DNA of 64,000 nucleotides, taken from assembly GCA_964016885.1 (NCBI GenBank), contig OZ024742.1:276396001-276460000 (forward strand). Reading direction: 5' to 3'. Below, in pieces: positions 1 to 11,107 of this stretch. Numbering within the stretch: position 1 is the first letter of the stretch; each line of letters opens with the position of its first letter. The position numbers were made by a program, and so were the translations under genes. The notes under the pieces are model-generated. The model did no database searches. It had not been told where the DNA came from and saw only the letters and a program-made list of their open reading frames with translations. The DNA comes from Eledone cirrhosa. Lineage: Eukaryota.

Positions 1-179
1 TATTTACCACAACATTGCTTTTAACTGCTTCTATGGTGACTTCTGTGATACAATACACAAAGTACATACATTCTCAACACACACATATATATATCTTCTT
101 TTAACATCTTCCTCTAATAACTATCTTCTAAAACCCTATAACTGTCAATTTTAACAGCTGGACCCTATAACTGTCAATT

Positions 180-870
180 TTAACAGCTTGGGTATGTTGA
201 GTGTGGTCTTTCTTCCCCCCATTCATTCTCTACATTCATCAGTATCTCATAGTAACCTTTCCAGGCCCCTTTCTTTTGAGCACCAGTGGTGTTAAATCCA
301 CCAATGTCATTTCTATCAGACTTTTCCTTAACAACATCCCAATTCATACTGACACACTGCCTTGCAATATGAAACACTTCACGTCTCTGATCCTCACGTC
401 ACAAGGCATTGGCAAATTTCCTTTCTTCAGCCTCTTTCCGAGTTATGAATACCTGTTGTTTAGCTTCTCTCTTAGCTACTTGGTCTCACCCTCTGTCAGA
501 CTGGTGCTTTACTCTAGCCACAAGTCTTATCAGTAGTTCACAAAAGGTTGCCACATAAAAATTTTCAATTGTCTTTTAATGTCATATGAATCTTGCCTCT
601 TTTCATCAAATGCATCCCATAAGGCCTTTTTAAACCTATATTTCACAGAAAGGTCCTTTAGCTTCCAAACCTTTCATCCCCATATTTTCCTGTGTATCTT
701 GTTCTGTCTTATGTTCATCCTGATGTCACTAATAACTAACGGGGAAGGCCTTAGTATTTATTAATGTCCATCTATTTCGCTGTCTTACAAGTAAGAAAGC
801 AATCTGGCTTGTGTTTTTGCCTGATTGGTATGTGATCACATGGCTAGCCAGTTTCCTGAAAGCTGTATTA
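180..870 (-). mobile_element. Degraded RTE-clade LINE fragment (endonuclease to linker region)
   Basis: Minus-strand peptide 'ELTICNTAFRKLASHVITYQSGKNTSQIAFLLVRQR' resembles the APE endonuclease C-terminus; multiple stops. Confidence 0.7.
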
Positions 871-1162
871 CAAATGGTTAGTTCATTTGCATTACAGAAT
901 TTCAGGAGGCTCACTTCCTCCACCAACACTAGAGAGGTTGTCTTACTGGACTCAAGAGTCCTCTCCACCCTATATCACTTTATATTCAGAGTCTACTCTC
1001 CTAGATAGGTTATCTTCACTATGGCTTACAGTGTCCACATCTGTTCTGTGTAGTCATTTTGAATTGGAGTCACTGCATTCCTTGACATGTTGCCTTCATT
1101 ACGGCTTACAGAGCCCATGTCTGCCCCATGCAGTTGTTTTTGATTGGAGTCACTGCTCCGCT

Positions 1163-1194
<32 letters not shown>

Positions 1195-1199
1195 CATCC

Positions 1200-1945
1200 T
1201 CCTCATCATCATTTTACATTCATTTTTCCATGCTCACATGGGTTGGATGTGTCATTTCAAGTACAATCCCAGCCCACTCCCACCCACACATAGCATTCCT
1301 TCATCTCCTCTGTGTTTTGAAATCAGCTCTAACCACTTCTGCCCAGATTTTCCTTAGTTTTTCTCCACTACAACTTCCTTCCACTAGGATCTATTCGCAC
1401 TTCATACCTAACAATAATCATCCATATGCATCACGTCCATACTATCCATCTTCTCTCTTGCACACAGCATTTGATTTCTCTTATACCCAGTTTTTCTTTC
1501 AACTTACCTGTGTCTCATTATTCATGCACACTACATATCCAACAAAGTATGCACACTTCATTTCTCTCCCACCTTTACTTATCCTCTGCATTCACTACTC
1601 ATGTTTTACTTCTATCCAGCATTGCTCTTCTTACGCAGACATTGTACAATCTACTTTTCACTCATGGGGAGAAACCCTTTGTTGTCAACAAGGGTAATAG
1701 CTTTTTTTTCCATTCTTTTCTTATTCTAGCTACAATGCTTTCAGAGCAACCCCCGCACTGCTAATTAGGCTACCTAGATAACAAAAACTATCAACTACCT
1801 CTATAGTACCTTCCCAGGATTGGAAAACGTTTATTTTACTGGTTCTCTTGCTACCAACTATCCTTGTGCATCTGTCACATACAAAGTTTACTTTTTTTAT
1901 TAGCCCGTCGGCTATCCTACTACACCTCTTGTGTACCCATTATGT
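1200..1945 (-). mobile_element. Degraded RTE LINE 3' fragment
   Basis: Homologous to the better-preserved copies at 6460-7757 and 36908-39015 (KGFS/GRLY/WVHKRC segments) and ends in a (CAT)n tail. Confidence 0.7.
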
Positions 1946-2084
1946 AAGCAGCAGTTATGTTCGTTCTCTAAGGCTTTTGACCATCTAAGCACAAATAAGT
2001 GCCGGACACCCAGATTTCTTCATGTGCCTGGAGACTTTCCTGGATACATTCTGATTATTAGTATTAGGGAGTAAATGGAATAGT

Positions 2085-2460
2085 TGTGCATATATCGAGC
2101 AATGGCATTAGTTGGAATGAATTCCATACAGGGTGGATCATGTGAAGGATGCCATCTCCAACCCCTCAACCCGACCTTCCTATCCATGAAAACCAGTCAG
2201 CTTTGACCTTCCTAGAAAGCAATGGATGTTCCTTAATCAGGTCCCCACCACACATGCTAGGACAGGCCATCATCTCCATCGATGGACAATGAAAGACAGC
2301 CCAGCAAGTGACTGTGGGGACCCTGACCAGACAGTGCTGCAGGTTGTTCATTTTCCCAGCGGCCTGGAGGAAATCTATAATACTACAAATGATGCCTTAG
2401 TCTGGCTCACCAATCTCGATCTGTCTCTCTAACAATTTTGCATGTCATACAAGAAAAATT
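2085..2460 (+). mobile_element. Vingi/Ingi-like LINE 3' end
   Basis: Peptide 'RKQWMFLNQVPTTHARTGHHLHRWTMKDSPASDCGDPDQT...WLTNLDLSL*' matches the Vingi C-terminal pattern, followed by a short 'CATAC' plus A-rich tail. Confidence 0.6.
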
Positions 2461-2557
2461 AGAATAATACCTTAAATGCATACCAGGATTGAGTAAGGAT
2501 AGTGTTTAGGAGAGATTGCAAAAATCTTTTAAATCTGTTTAAATCTCTCTCTCTCTT

Positions 2558-2562
2558 GTATA

Positions 2563-2633
<71 letters not shown>
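2558..2633. repeat. (TA)n/(TG)n microsatellite
   Basis: Directly visible dinucleotide run. Confidence 0.95.
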
Positions 2634-2637
<4 letters not shown>

Positions 2638-2983
2638 GTCATCTTCATCAATATTCATTTTTCTATGTTGGCATGGGTTGGATGAAAGTTTTGGGGGCAG
2701 AATTCTACAGCTGGATGCACTTACTGATGCCAGCATTCACTTATATTACAAGTGCAATGAGCTTTCTTACACTTTTTGTTTACCCAAATTTACTCCAAAT
2801 TTACTCACAATGCAGTATTTTCACTGCTACCAAAACTTGCAAAGTCTTTTCTGGAAGCCTCCTTTATATTAACTATCAACTCCCCAAAATATCTAATGCT
2901 TTTTACAACTACTTCTTTACAATACCATACTGACTCTACTCTAATTTCTTTCTTTTCACACCCACACACCTACCAACTATTGT

Positions 2984-3145
2984 TTAACCCTTTAGCATTT
3001 AAAGCGGCCATATCCGACCAGAATTCTCTCACGTCTTTCTGTTCAAACCAGCTGTAACCGGCCGCTCATACCCACATTAAGGTATTGTTCTCAAAATAAA
3101 TAACATCAAAATCTCGTAGATTCGATATTATGTGAGATAATTGTG
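2984..3145 (+). mobile_element. piggyBac-type MITE family A, partial copy
   Basis: Starts TTAA-CCCTTTAGCATTTA and aligns with the full copy at 32451-32652. Confidence 0.75.
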
Positions 3146-3649
3146 AAAGAGAGAGAGAGAGATTTTTCTCTGCTGTACGAATAATTTCTTTTATAAAATA
3201 TGGGAAAATGGAGTTAACTCTCTTGCAACAAATAATCGCATGTTACAGTTGATTGTTATATGACAGCTGTAAATGGATTATTAAAAAGTATAACATTCGC
3301 TAAACGTTTTTAGGAAAAGTATTTTAATACTTTCATTGTACGTAACAACTATTTTAGATTCTTATCAGTAGCATAGCTAGATTATGCCATCTAGTGCAGC
3401 TCTTGATATTGTTCCTCCCCCACACACACTCATAGTAAAATATATACAACAGACCTAAAAATGTTGCCCCTATAAAAGTGTCAACAGGTGTAGACCACCT
3501 CCTTTAGTTACGATACTGGCTTTTATCTTTCTCAAAGTCAGTAAAAATGTATGCAAAGGGGAACAACTCTGACGGGCAGTATTGACAGTTTTTATATACA
3601 GTTGAAGAGTGAAAAACCGCGCCTATATACATCAAAACATAACGTAAAA

Positions 3650-4300
3650 TATAGGCCGGCAAATACGGTAAATTATTGATTTCTTTATTAGCCACAAGGG
3701 CGCAACAAGAAAGGGGACAATACAAAGACATGCCGGGGATTTTACATACAGTCGTGTAAAAAATATAAAAACAAACAATTTCAACAATCGAAATCCCCAA
3801 TAGGGGGGAGGCGCCACAAATGGGTTGTTTAATACCCCGTCGATAGAACAACCCTCAACTCAAGGAGCGTGTTGTGCAAGTGCTCCTTTCTTCCTTTTGC
3901 TCTCTTCCTCAACCTACAGGCTTATAAACAGAGAAGGCCCAATCACTCGGGCCATTTTCGCTTCATTCACCCACCTTTCAGTAAATTTACTGGGGTGCAG
4001 TGCCTCTCTCTCCACCCTGATTCTCCTTCTAAAGTGATACTTAAAGAATGGAATCAATTGTTGTCCGGAGAGAAAGGCATCTGTCCTCAGTCCTCTCAAC
4101 CTCGTCCACCATATAACTTCTTTCACCATAGCCACCGTACAGAGGAAAACCGCCTCTCTTTCGTTTTTGAAAGAGTCTGGCGGTTTGATCCTTACTATGG
4201 ATTCGGCAGTCAACTGTATTTGTCCCATACGCGACAGCAGTTGTTCTGCATAGTTCCACAGGTCGCTTACGCCCGGGCAGTGTACAATTGCGTGCAGAAC
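3650..4300 (-). mobile_element. L1/Tx1-clade LINE 3' end (ORF2 C-terminus and 3' UTR)
   Basis: ORF 3914-4228 'VAMVKEVIWWTR...FFKYHFRRRIRVERE...FTERWV' resembles Tx1/L1 ORF2 C-termini; downstream UTR ends near AATAAA. Confidence 0.6.
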
Positions 4301-4307
4301 TGTTTCA

Positions 4308-4500
4308 ATAAATTATTATTAATAATTTAGCGTCAAAAAGCGTGAAAAAATATATATTGCCATGAAAAAAGCCATAAAAAATTGCGGAAGATATTTACAA
4401 TTCCGCGAATATGCGGTGATTTCCACTATAAATTATTAGTTAGGTTCTAAGGAAAATTCTGCGACTAACCGGGAACGTGAATGACGGGATTACACTGTAA
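4308..4500 (-). mobile_element. Tigger/pogo-like MITE fragment
   Basis: Inverted homolog of 33028-33180; terminates ...ACACTG-TA. Confidence 0.55.
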
Positions 4501-4931
4501 TCAACAAGTACAAAAAGAAGGATTGAAAAATCCTTCAGTATCAAGAATTACTTTTCTATAAATTTAAATGGTTTATCTGTAACCCCGGCTCCGTTTTTTG
4601 AAAAAAGAATAGTTAGCTAGTGAGTCAGATGTCAGATCGTCCGAGTTTAAACGGGAAAAAAAACTAAAAAAAAAGAAAAAAATACCCACTAAAGAAATCT
4701 CCCAGGTTGGGATACTACGCTCACCCCATTCTGCTTTCGGAGAAAAAGTGGATTGCAAACACACAATAAACTTTAATTATTACCAATTTTATTTAGTGTT
4801 ATTAGTGGTTAACGTTCAAACAAACTTCCTTTAAATATATATATATATATATATATATACATTATGAAGAGAGAAGAAACATTTAGATATAATTAGTAAT
4901 AAAATGTATCATACCTAAACTGTTCCTAAAT

Positions 4932-5019
4932 TCCTCGACTACGTAGTTTCGTGGCATAAACAAAAACAATATATCAAAGATATAGAGTCCTTGCGAGGTC
5001 TGCCGACTTATCAAGAGGA
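4932..5019 (-). ncRNA. Minimal type I hammerhead ribozyme (U3:A8 variant), inverted copy
   Basis: Reverse complement of 5517-5604 within the inverted arm. Confidence 0.7.
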
Positions 5020-5516
5020 TACCTCATTTTACTAGTCTCAAGAACGCGTCTACACGACGTGAGAAAGAATCCCAAAAGGCGGAGGGGGAGATAGTCACGC
5101 GATATAACGGTCGAGAAACAGAGCTAAGCCTCCTATAACCACGAAAAAAATACCACGGAGGCGGAGGGGGCATTCATATCGAGGCCGTTGGGTGCGGATG
5201 CATTCATGTATATATGTGTGTGTCCGCATGTATCTGTGTGTTTCTAAATGTATTAATAACTCCCTCTGGTCGAGCAATCTTTGAAGTGTGGGGACAACTG
5301 GAAAGCTTCCATTACTCATACTTCTCGCCTTCTTCACTACCTCTTCTACGGCCTCGATATGAATGCCCCCTCCGCCTCCGTGGTATTTTTTTCGTGGTTA
5401 TAGGAGGCTTAGCTCTGTTTCTCGACCGTTATATCGCGTGACTATCTCCCCCTCCGCCTTTTGGGATTCTTTCTCACGTCGTGTAGACGCGTTCTTGAGA
5501 CTAGTAAAATGAGGTA

Positions 5517-5604
5517 TCCTCTTGATAAGTCGGCAGACCTCGCAAGGACTCTATATCTTTGATATATTGTTTTTGTTTATGCCACGAAACTACGTAGTCG
5601 AGGA
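5517..5604 (+). ncRNA. Minimal type I hammerhead ribozyme (U3:A8 variant)
   Basis: TCCTC-TTGATAA-GTCGGCA..44 nt..TGCCAC-GAAA-C-TACGTA-G-TC-GAGGA: stem I, core, stem II, GAAA, 1-bp stem III with palindromic loop, GUC cleavage triplet (C5599). Confidence 0.72.
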
Positions 5605-5838
5605 ATTTAGGAACAGTTTAGGTATGATACATTTTATTACTAATTATATCTAAATGTTTCTTCTCTCTTCATAATGTATTTTTAACTCTGATACTGGTTC
5701 AGTCTGGTTCAAACTGAATTGGTCTGTCCCAGTCATTCATTGAGCAACATCGGTGAAGTTGGCACCCTTAACTCACAGTTGGGTGCGGATGCATTCATGT
5801 ATATATGTGTGTGTCCGCATGTATCTGTGTGTTTCTAA

Positions 5839-5871
<33 letters not shown>

Positions 5872-5872
<1 letters not shown>

Positions 5873-6200
5873 CAAATTATAAAATAAGAAGAAGTAATAG
5901 ACACAGATATATACCTATTTTTTCTTCAAAGTCCCGACTGTACAGTTTCGCTGATCAGTTTGCAACCATTGCACATTATAGATGGACAATATTGTTGTGA
6001 GGCACACCAGCTTTTCAAGGAACTCCTCAGGGAAAGGACACTTTCCAGACACGTTCGTAGCAAGTGAGAAAATCTCAAAAGGCGGAGGGAGAAATTACCA
6101 CGTGATACACCGGTCAAGAGAGGGAACTGAATCCCTTGTAGGAAGTGAAAAATATCTTAGAAGGCAAAGAGAGAAATTAATACATGATACAGACGTTACA
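5872..6200 (-). mobile_element. Second, diverged Penelope-like pseudo-LTR fragment
   Basis: Shares the GC-rich block (AAAGGCGGAGGG-GA...CACG-GATA...CGGTC-AGA) with 5075-5120, carries a hammerhead and abuts (TA)n; a related piece lies at about 7870-7910. Confidence 0.65.
5930..6024 (-). ncRNA. Minimal type I hammerhead ribozyme (U3:A8 variant), second family
   Basis: Minus strand reads AGTTCC-TTGAAAA-GCTGGT..50 nt..ATCAGC-GAAA-C-TGTACA-G-TC-GGGACT; cleavage predicted after C at 5936. Confidence 0.75.
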
Positions 6201-6284
6201 GGCGGGTAGTAAGGTGGACTGAAAGCGATAATAGTGTTTGCTTAAGAAGCAGTTACTATACTTTTGGGTTAACTCAACCGTAAA

Positions 6285-6390
6285 TATTCACTTCCCTGAC
6301 ATTTTTGTATTATTCTATGTACTATACATGCATCTTTGACGAGTTGTAGTGCACCTGAGCACTTTACACAATAATTTCATTATTATTATG
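6285..6390 (+). mobile_element. CR1-like LINE 3' tail
   Basis: Matches 29940-30045 (GAGTTG-AGTGCACCTGAGCACT..ACACAATA..TTTCATTATTAT). Confidence 0.7.
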
Positions 6391-6459
6391 TAAGGGAGTT
6401 TGAGACAATATCATAATGAGAGACACACATATACATGTGTATACATACATACATACGTA

Positions 6460-7757
6460 TCATCATCATCATCTTCGTTTAACGTCCATCTTCCACGCTA
6501 GCATGGGTTAGACAGGAGTTGTCCCACTTGAGGCAAGGTTGGTCGGGTGACCATGTCTCACTCATATAGGACTATCTGGCAGGTTTTCTACGGCTGGATG
6601 CCCTTCCTAACACCAACCACATTTACAATGTGGACTGGGAACTTTTTACCATGTTACCTAAATGGCCACATTACAGCGTGGACTGTGTTTTTTTGTCATG
6701 ACACCTACATGATCTCGATCTCATCTCATTATTTGAACTGAATGTTGTAGTACCAACTTTACAGAGGTGGTGTTGGTGGGAGTGGGAGGATAGAGTAGGG
6801 GTAGTGGATTGGGTGTATATTTGGTTAAGAGGTGCCTACTGACTGTAGGTTTCGCTTTGTACATAGGCAAGGCAGGTCTTCTGTATTACTGCGTAGCGCC
6901 AAAGATCTCAGTCCAGTGAGATTGTCTTAGGGAGGTGCAAGTGTGTAAGGTCAGAATTTATCAAATCGTCTCAGGTTTTTCTGGGTCTGCCTACTATGTA
7001 GCTACCATCTATTTTGATCGCCCTGCACTTTTTTATACAGCTGTTAGTCTTTCATGCGCATCACGTGACCATACCAACATAGTCTTCTCTCAAGTAAACA
7101 GCATCTGATCCCTCTTATTCCTAATTTCTCACTTAGTTCATTTATGCTTTGCCATTCACGTATATTTCTATTACATATCCAACGGAACATGCATGCTTCG
7201 TTCCTTTCCAGTCTGCGCAGGTCCTCTGCATGCAATGCCCATGTCTCACTGCCATGTAGCATTGCTGGTCGTATACAGTCATCATACAATCTGCCTTTCA
7301 TTTTTAGAGAGAAACCTTTTGTGGCCAACAGCGGTATAAACTCTCTGAACTTTTTCCATCCCGTTCTGACTCTGCCTACTGTACTTTCAGAGCACCCTCC
7401 ACCACTGCTGATTTTGTCACCCAGGTAACGGAAAGTGTCCACTATTTCTATAGAACCATCTGAGTGATAGAAGGAGCTAGTATCCTGTGGGCACTTGCTA
7501 CTTATTGCATTTGAGCATCGGCCACATATAAAATCTACGTTCTTAGATAGTTTACCTATGATCCCACTACATCTTTTATGTACCCATAGTTTGCATTTGG
7601 GACATAAAATGGAATTTCTACCTACTCCTTTTCTACTCACTGAGCATGGCCATTTCCCTGAGGACACCTGTGCCCTATTTTCCTTTCTACAAACTAGAAC
7701 TTTAGTCTCAGACAAGTTAACTTTAAGGCCTTTTGATTCTAGGCCATGCTTCGTATA
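6460..7757 (-). mobile_element. RTE-clade LINE, 5'-truncated
   Basis: ORF 7044-7907 contains 'GLKVNLSETKVLV', a Cys-rich insert, 'FRYLGDKIS', 'MLHGSETWAL' and 'WYGHVMRM'; the 3' UTR ends in (TGA)n. Closely related to 36908-38175. Confidence 0.9.
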
Positions 7758-8054
7758 TATATATATTTTCACAAGCATGTGAGTGTGTGTGGTGTCGACC
7801 TTAACCAGTTTTGCTCTATGACTTTGAGAGACAAAATAATCGAAATAATTAAATTGACTCAATATCAGAGCTCTACAATAAATTATAAAATAAGAAGTAA
7901 TAGACATATATATATATATAAATTTATATATATAAGAAAATGCTGTTTTTTTTATTAAAAAAAAAACAAAAGAAAAAGATGAGATGTCCTACACGGGTGA
8001 AAGTATAAGGAAAAGAAATCTGTGCCTATGTTAGAAATCATTATTAATAGTAGA

Positions 8055-8275
8055 AAGACCGTGGATTGGCAGTATCAGTAGAGCATTGGAGATCATGCTT
8101 CGCAACATAGTATTACGGTCCTTTACGTTCTGAATTCAAATCCCACCAAGGTTAGCTTTGCCTTACAGGGTGGATAAAATAAAACACCAATAGTGAACTG
8201 GGGTTGATTTAATCGACTTGCACTTCCCCTTCAAATTGCTGGCCTTGTGCCTAAAGTAGAAACAATTATTATTAG
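8055..8275 (+). mobile_element. tRNA-derived SINE (octopod-type)
   Basis: A-box-like TGGCAGTATCAGTAG, B-box-like TTCAAATCC, body 'TTTGCCTT..GATAAAATAA..GATTTAATCGACT' and (ATT)n tail; many copies in the window. Confidence 0.75.
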
Positions 8276-9949
8276 TAGTATAGCTATCTTTGTAACAACA
8301 TAGTTGAATTAAATGTATTACAGTATTTAATTTCATCAATTTCAGTTTGCTTGGCCTTTCCTAATTTTGGAGTCAAGAGAATAGCTTCTAGTAAAGTATT
8401 AGAATAAATTCAATTGAGTGTATCTCTTCCTTGTGAAGGTGTATGGCCTAGTGGTTATGGTGTTGAACTTACAGTCATAATGTTATAGGTTGGATTCTTG
8501 GATGAAATGATGCAGTGTTCTTGAGCAAAAAAAAAACACTATCATGTCCAGGAAAGAGTCATGTACTCTTAGTCACTTAACACCAATGAAAAATGAAATC
8601 AGGGATAAATACCTACCTGATGAATCTGGTGGCTTGAAATATACTTCAACTTTTAACGAATATCTCTCCTTCATGGCAATTGTTTGAAGACCAAGACAAT
8701 GAAAGACATTAAGAGTCTATCATTTTAGTTATTTTTTATAGTAATTTTATTCACATTTCATCAATGAATTCTCCTTATATAAATTCTATATTAATTATCA
8801 TTTTAAACCAAAAATATCTAGAAATCAATGTAAAACAATAAATTCAAGGGAGAGAATATAAGGCTTTCAAAATTCATCTACGATTTATTTCCCTTACATG
8901 ATGTTCCTGCATTACAGACACATTTTAAGATATATTTAAGTAAATGCACAGGATTTTAACCAGATTTTAATCATGCATTTACAATAGCTGTAATCATTCA
9001 GTTTTTATATTGACTTCGACTTCTTTCTTCATTTGAAAAAATATTGATGGAATGAGCCCAAACTTATTAAATTAGATTACCCATTTCAACAAACATTTTA
9101 AAGCTATTTTCTTTGCTAATGTAGAGGTTAGCGTAGATGTGTGCATGTGTAGATAAGTCATCTAATGATCTATGAATTTATATATATGCATGTAAGTCTT
9201 TCTGTGCACACGTGTATGAGCGCGCACACACACACGTATCAGTAGTTGCAAACCAATATATGTTTGTGTGCATTCGTTAATCAATGTGTATGTAAAGATC
9301 CCCATAACATAATAAACTAAATGTAGTGATACTAATTATATCTACAATATAGCTGAGACAAAATATCTCATGAGAGTGTTCTGCATACTATATAAAAATA
9401 TACAAGGGTTTCACATTATAGTGAGTTTTTGTCAACTAATTACCTGCACCAGTGCTGACTCTTCAGGGGTGCCTGGAGTTATAAGTGAGGCAGCAGCCAA
9501 AATTATATTACAAGGGGACATTTAGGTGGATGAGAAAATGTTTACATCTTCATCAGTTAAGTAAAGATAAGTGACGAGCAACAAGCTGACAAATTTGATT
9601 ATATCTTATAAGATTAAAAAGAATTTTGTTTCTAACAATGTTTAGTTTTAAAAAATGTAAGGATGCCCCAGTGTGTTATTAATAGCAGTGTATTACATAC
9701 ACTAAGATGCAAAGATCTTTGGTGTATATTTGATATGTTGGTAGCATGGATTTGTCAATCAAAAGGGCGCTTGACACACCAACATTGGAAAATCTGTCCA
9801 CTCTGGCATGAAGTTTTCCTTGATGCTTTTTATTTCAATTAGTAATTTCTTTCATGTGATTAAATAGCTAATATCAAAATGAATTGTCTTTTATTAGGTA
9901 CATATGAGCAACAGCCTAGCATCGTTTTTATCTTTAACAGATGGCAGGT

Positions 9950-10215
9950 CATTCTTCTTCTTTACCCACTTAATCCTGAGAGGGTCGTAGGGGCAGAGTC
10001 CTTAAAAACTCGTTCCAGCAGGTCCTGTCAGAAGCAACCGTCTCCAACCGATCCAGCTGGATCCCCAAGTGTGACCAGCCAAGTTCATGAATGTTACCCT
10101 ACCATCTTGCTCAGGGTCTACCCCTGGGTCTTTTGCCAGTTGTTTTTATCCATAAAATCTGTCCAGCAATTCTTGCCTGAGACATTCTAACCACATGCCC
10201 ATAGTATAGGAGCTG
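9950..10215 (-). mobile_element. RTE-like LINE 3' end (second family)
   Basis: Homologous to 14600-14800 and 22526-22770 ('RPRGRPRARWLD..ELGWSRLGI'). Confidence 0.65.
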
Positions 10216-10821
10216 TCATTCAAGATACCTAATTCCCATTTTTAATAGTCTATTTTTGTTTCCTAAAATTCCAGGCATCTTGACATCACTTTAACTAAAA
10301 ATAGATAAGTTTGTTCCTCAGAAGAGTGGATGATCCTTTCAGCCACAGGTCAGTTAATCACAACATGACTTGAATTGATGAGTTTTAGGAAAAATTGTAT
10401 AATCAAGCATATGTAAACCTGAATTTATGTAGAGTTCTAATGAGAGCCATCCATTTTGAGTGTTCGAAGACAATAAGATTTTCATTCACATATGGAAGAT
10501 AGCAACTTCAAACCAAAGAGAGTAACTAAAATATTTAAATCAAAGTTTATTTCCATGCAATTTTTAAAAACTTTCGATCAGATTTTAAATAAAATATCTT
10601 GATTTTAAACCTACTTAAACTGCTGTTTTATCACAATTTGTAATAACTCATTTAAAAAAATACAAATCACATTATTCAATTGTAATGAAATTTCCAGTAC
10701 TTATCTAGAAAAAAAAAATGCAGAATTTTTTTTAAACAGGTTTTTTTTCATATAGACAAAATTTATTGGATAATGTGCCTGAAAATTGTATACAATAATG
10801 TTCATTCTTATTATTGTTGTT

Positions 10822-11055
10822 AGGACGGTGGATTGGCAGTATCAGTAGAGAGTTGGACGCCATGCTTTGCAGCATAGAGTTACAGCCCTTTGTGGTCTGG
10901 ATTCAAATTCCACCGAGGTTAACTTTGCCTTTCATCCTTATGGGTTAGAAAAAATAAAGCACTAGTAACGTACTGGGGTCGATTTAATCGACTTTCCCCT
11001 CCCCCCAAATTACTGGCCTTGTGCCTATACTACAAATCATTATTACGATTATTAT
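10822..11055 (+). mobile_element. tRNA-derived SINE
   Basis: Same family as 8055-8275. Confidence 0.75.
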
Positions 11056-11107
11056 TACTGTTCAATTCTCATATCTGGTGGGAAAAGAATTCAGTAATAG
11101 TGAGACC

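Larger units (their letters stand above)
4857..5843 (+). mobile_element. Non-autonomous Penelope-like/retrozyme-like element with inverted pseudo-LTR
   Basis: 332-bp inverted repeat (4857-5188 vs 5348-5679), a direct repeat with 591-bp period (5187-5253 vs 5778-5844), flanking (TA)n on both sides, and a hammerhead motif in each arm. Confidence 0.75.

Noticed and set aside
5095-5441. Two ORFs sharing the peptide RPRYECPLRLRGIFFVVIGGLALFLDRYIA
   Set aside because: This is a by-product of the 332-bp inverted repeat; there is no coding signature.
8055-8150. tRNA gene
   Set aside because: The A/B boxes belong to a multicopy SINE head and no intact cloverleaf is present.
8615-8650. CTGATGA...GAAA hammerhead-like string
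   Set aside because: There is no convincing stem I/III pairing or NUH cleavage site.
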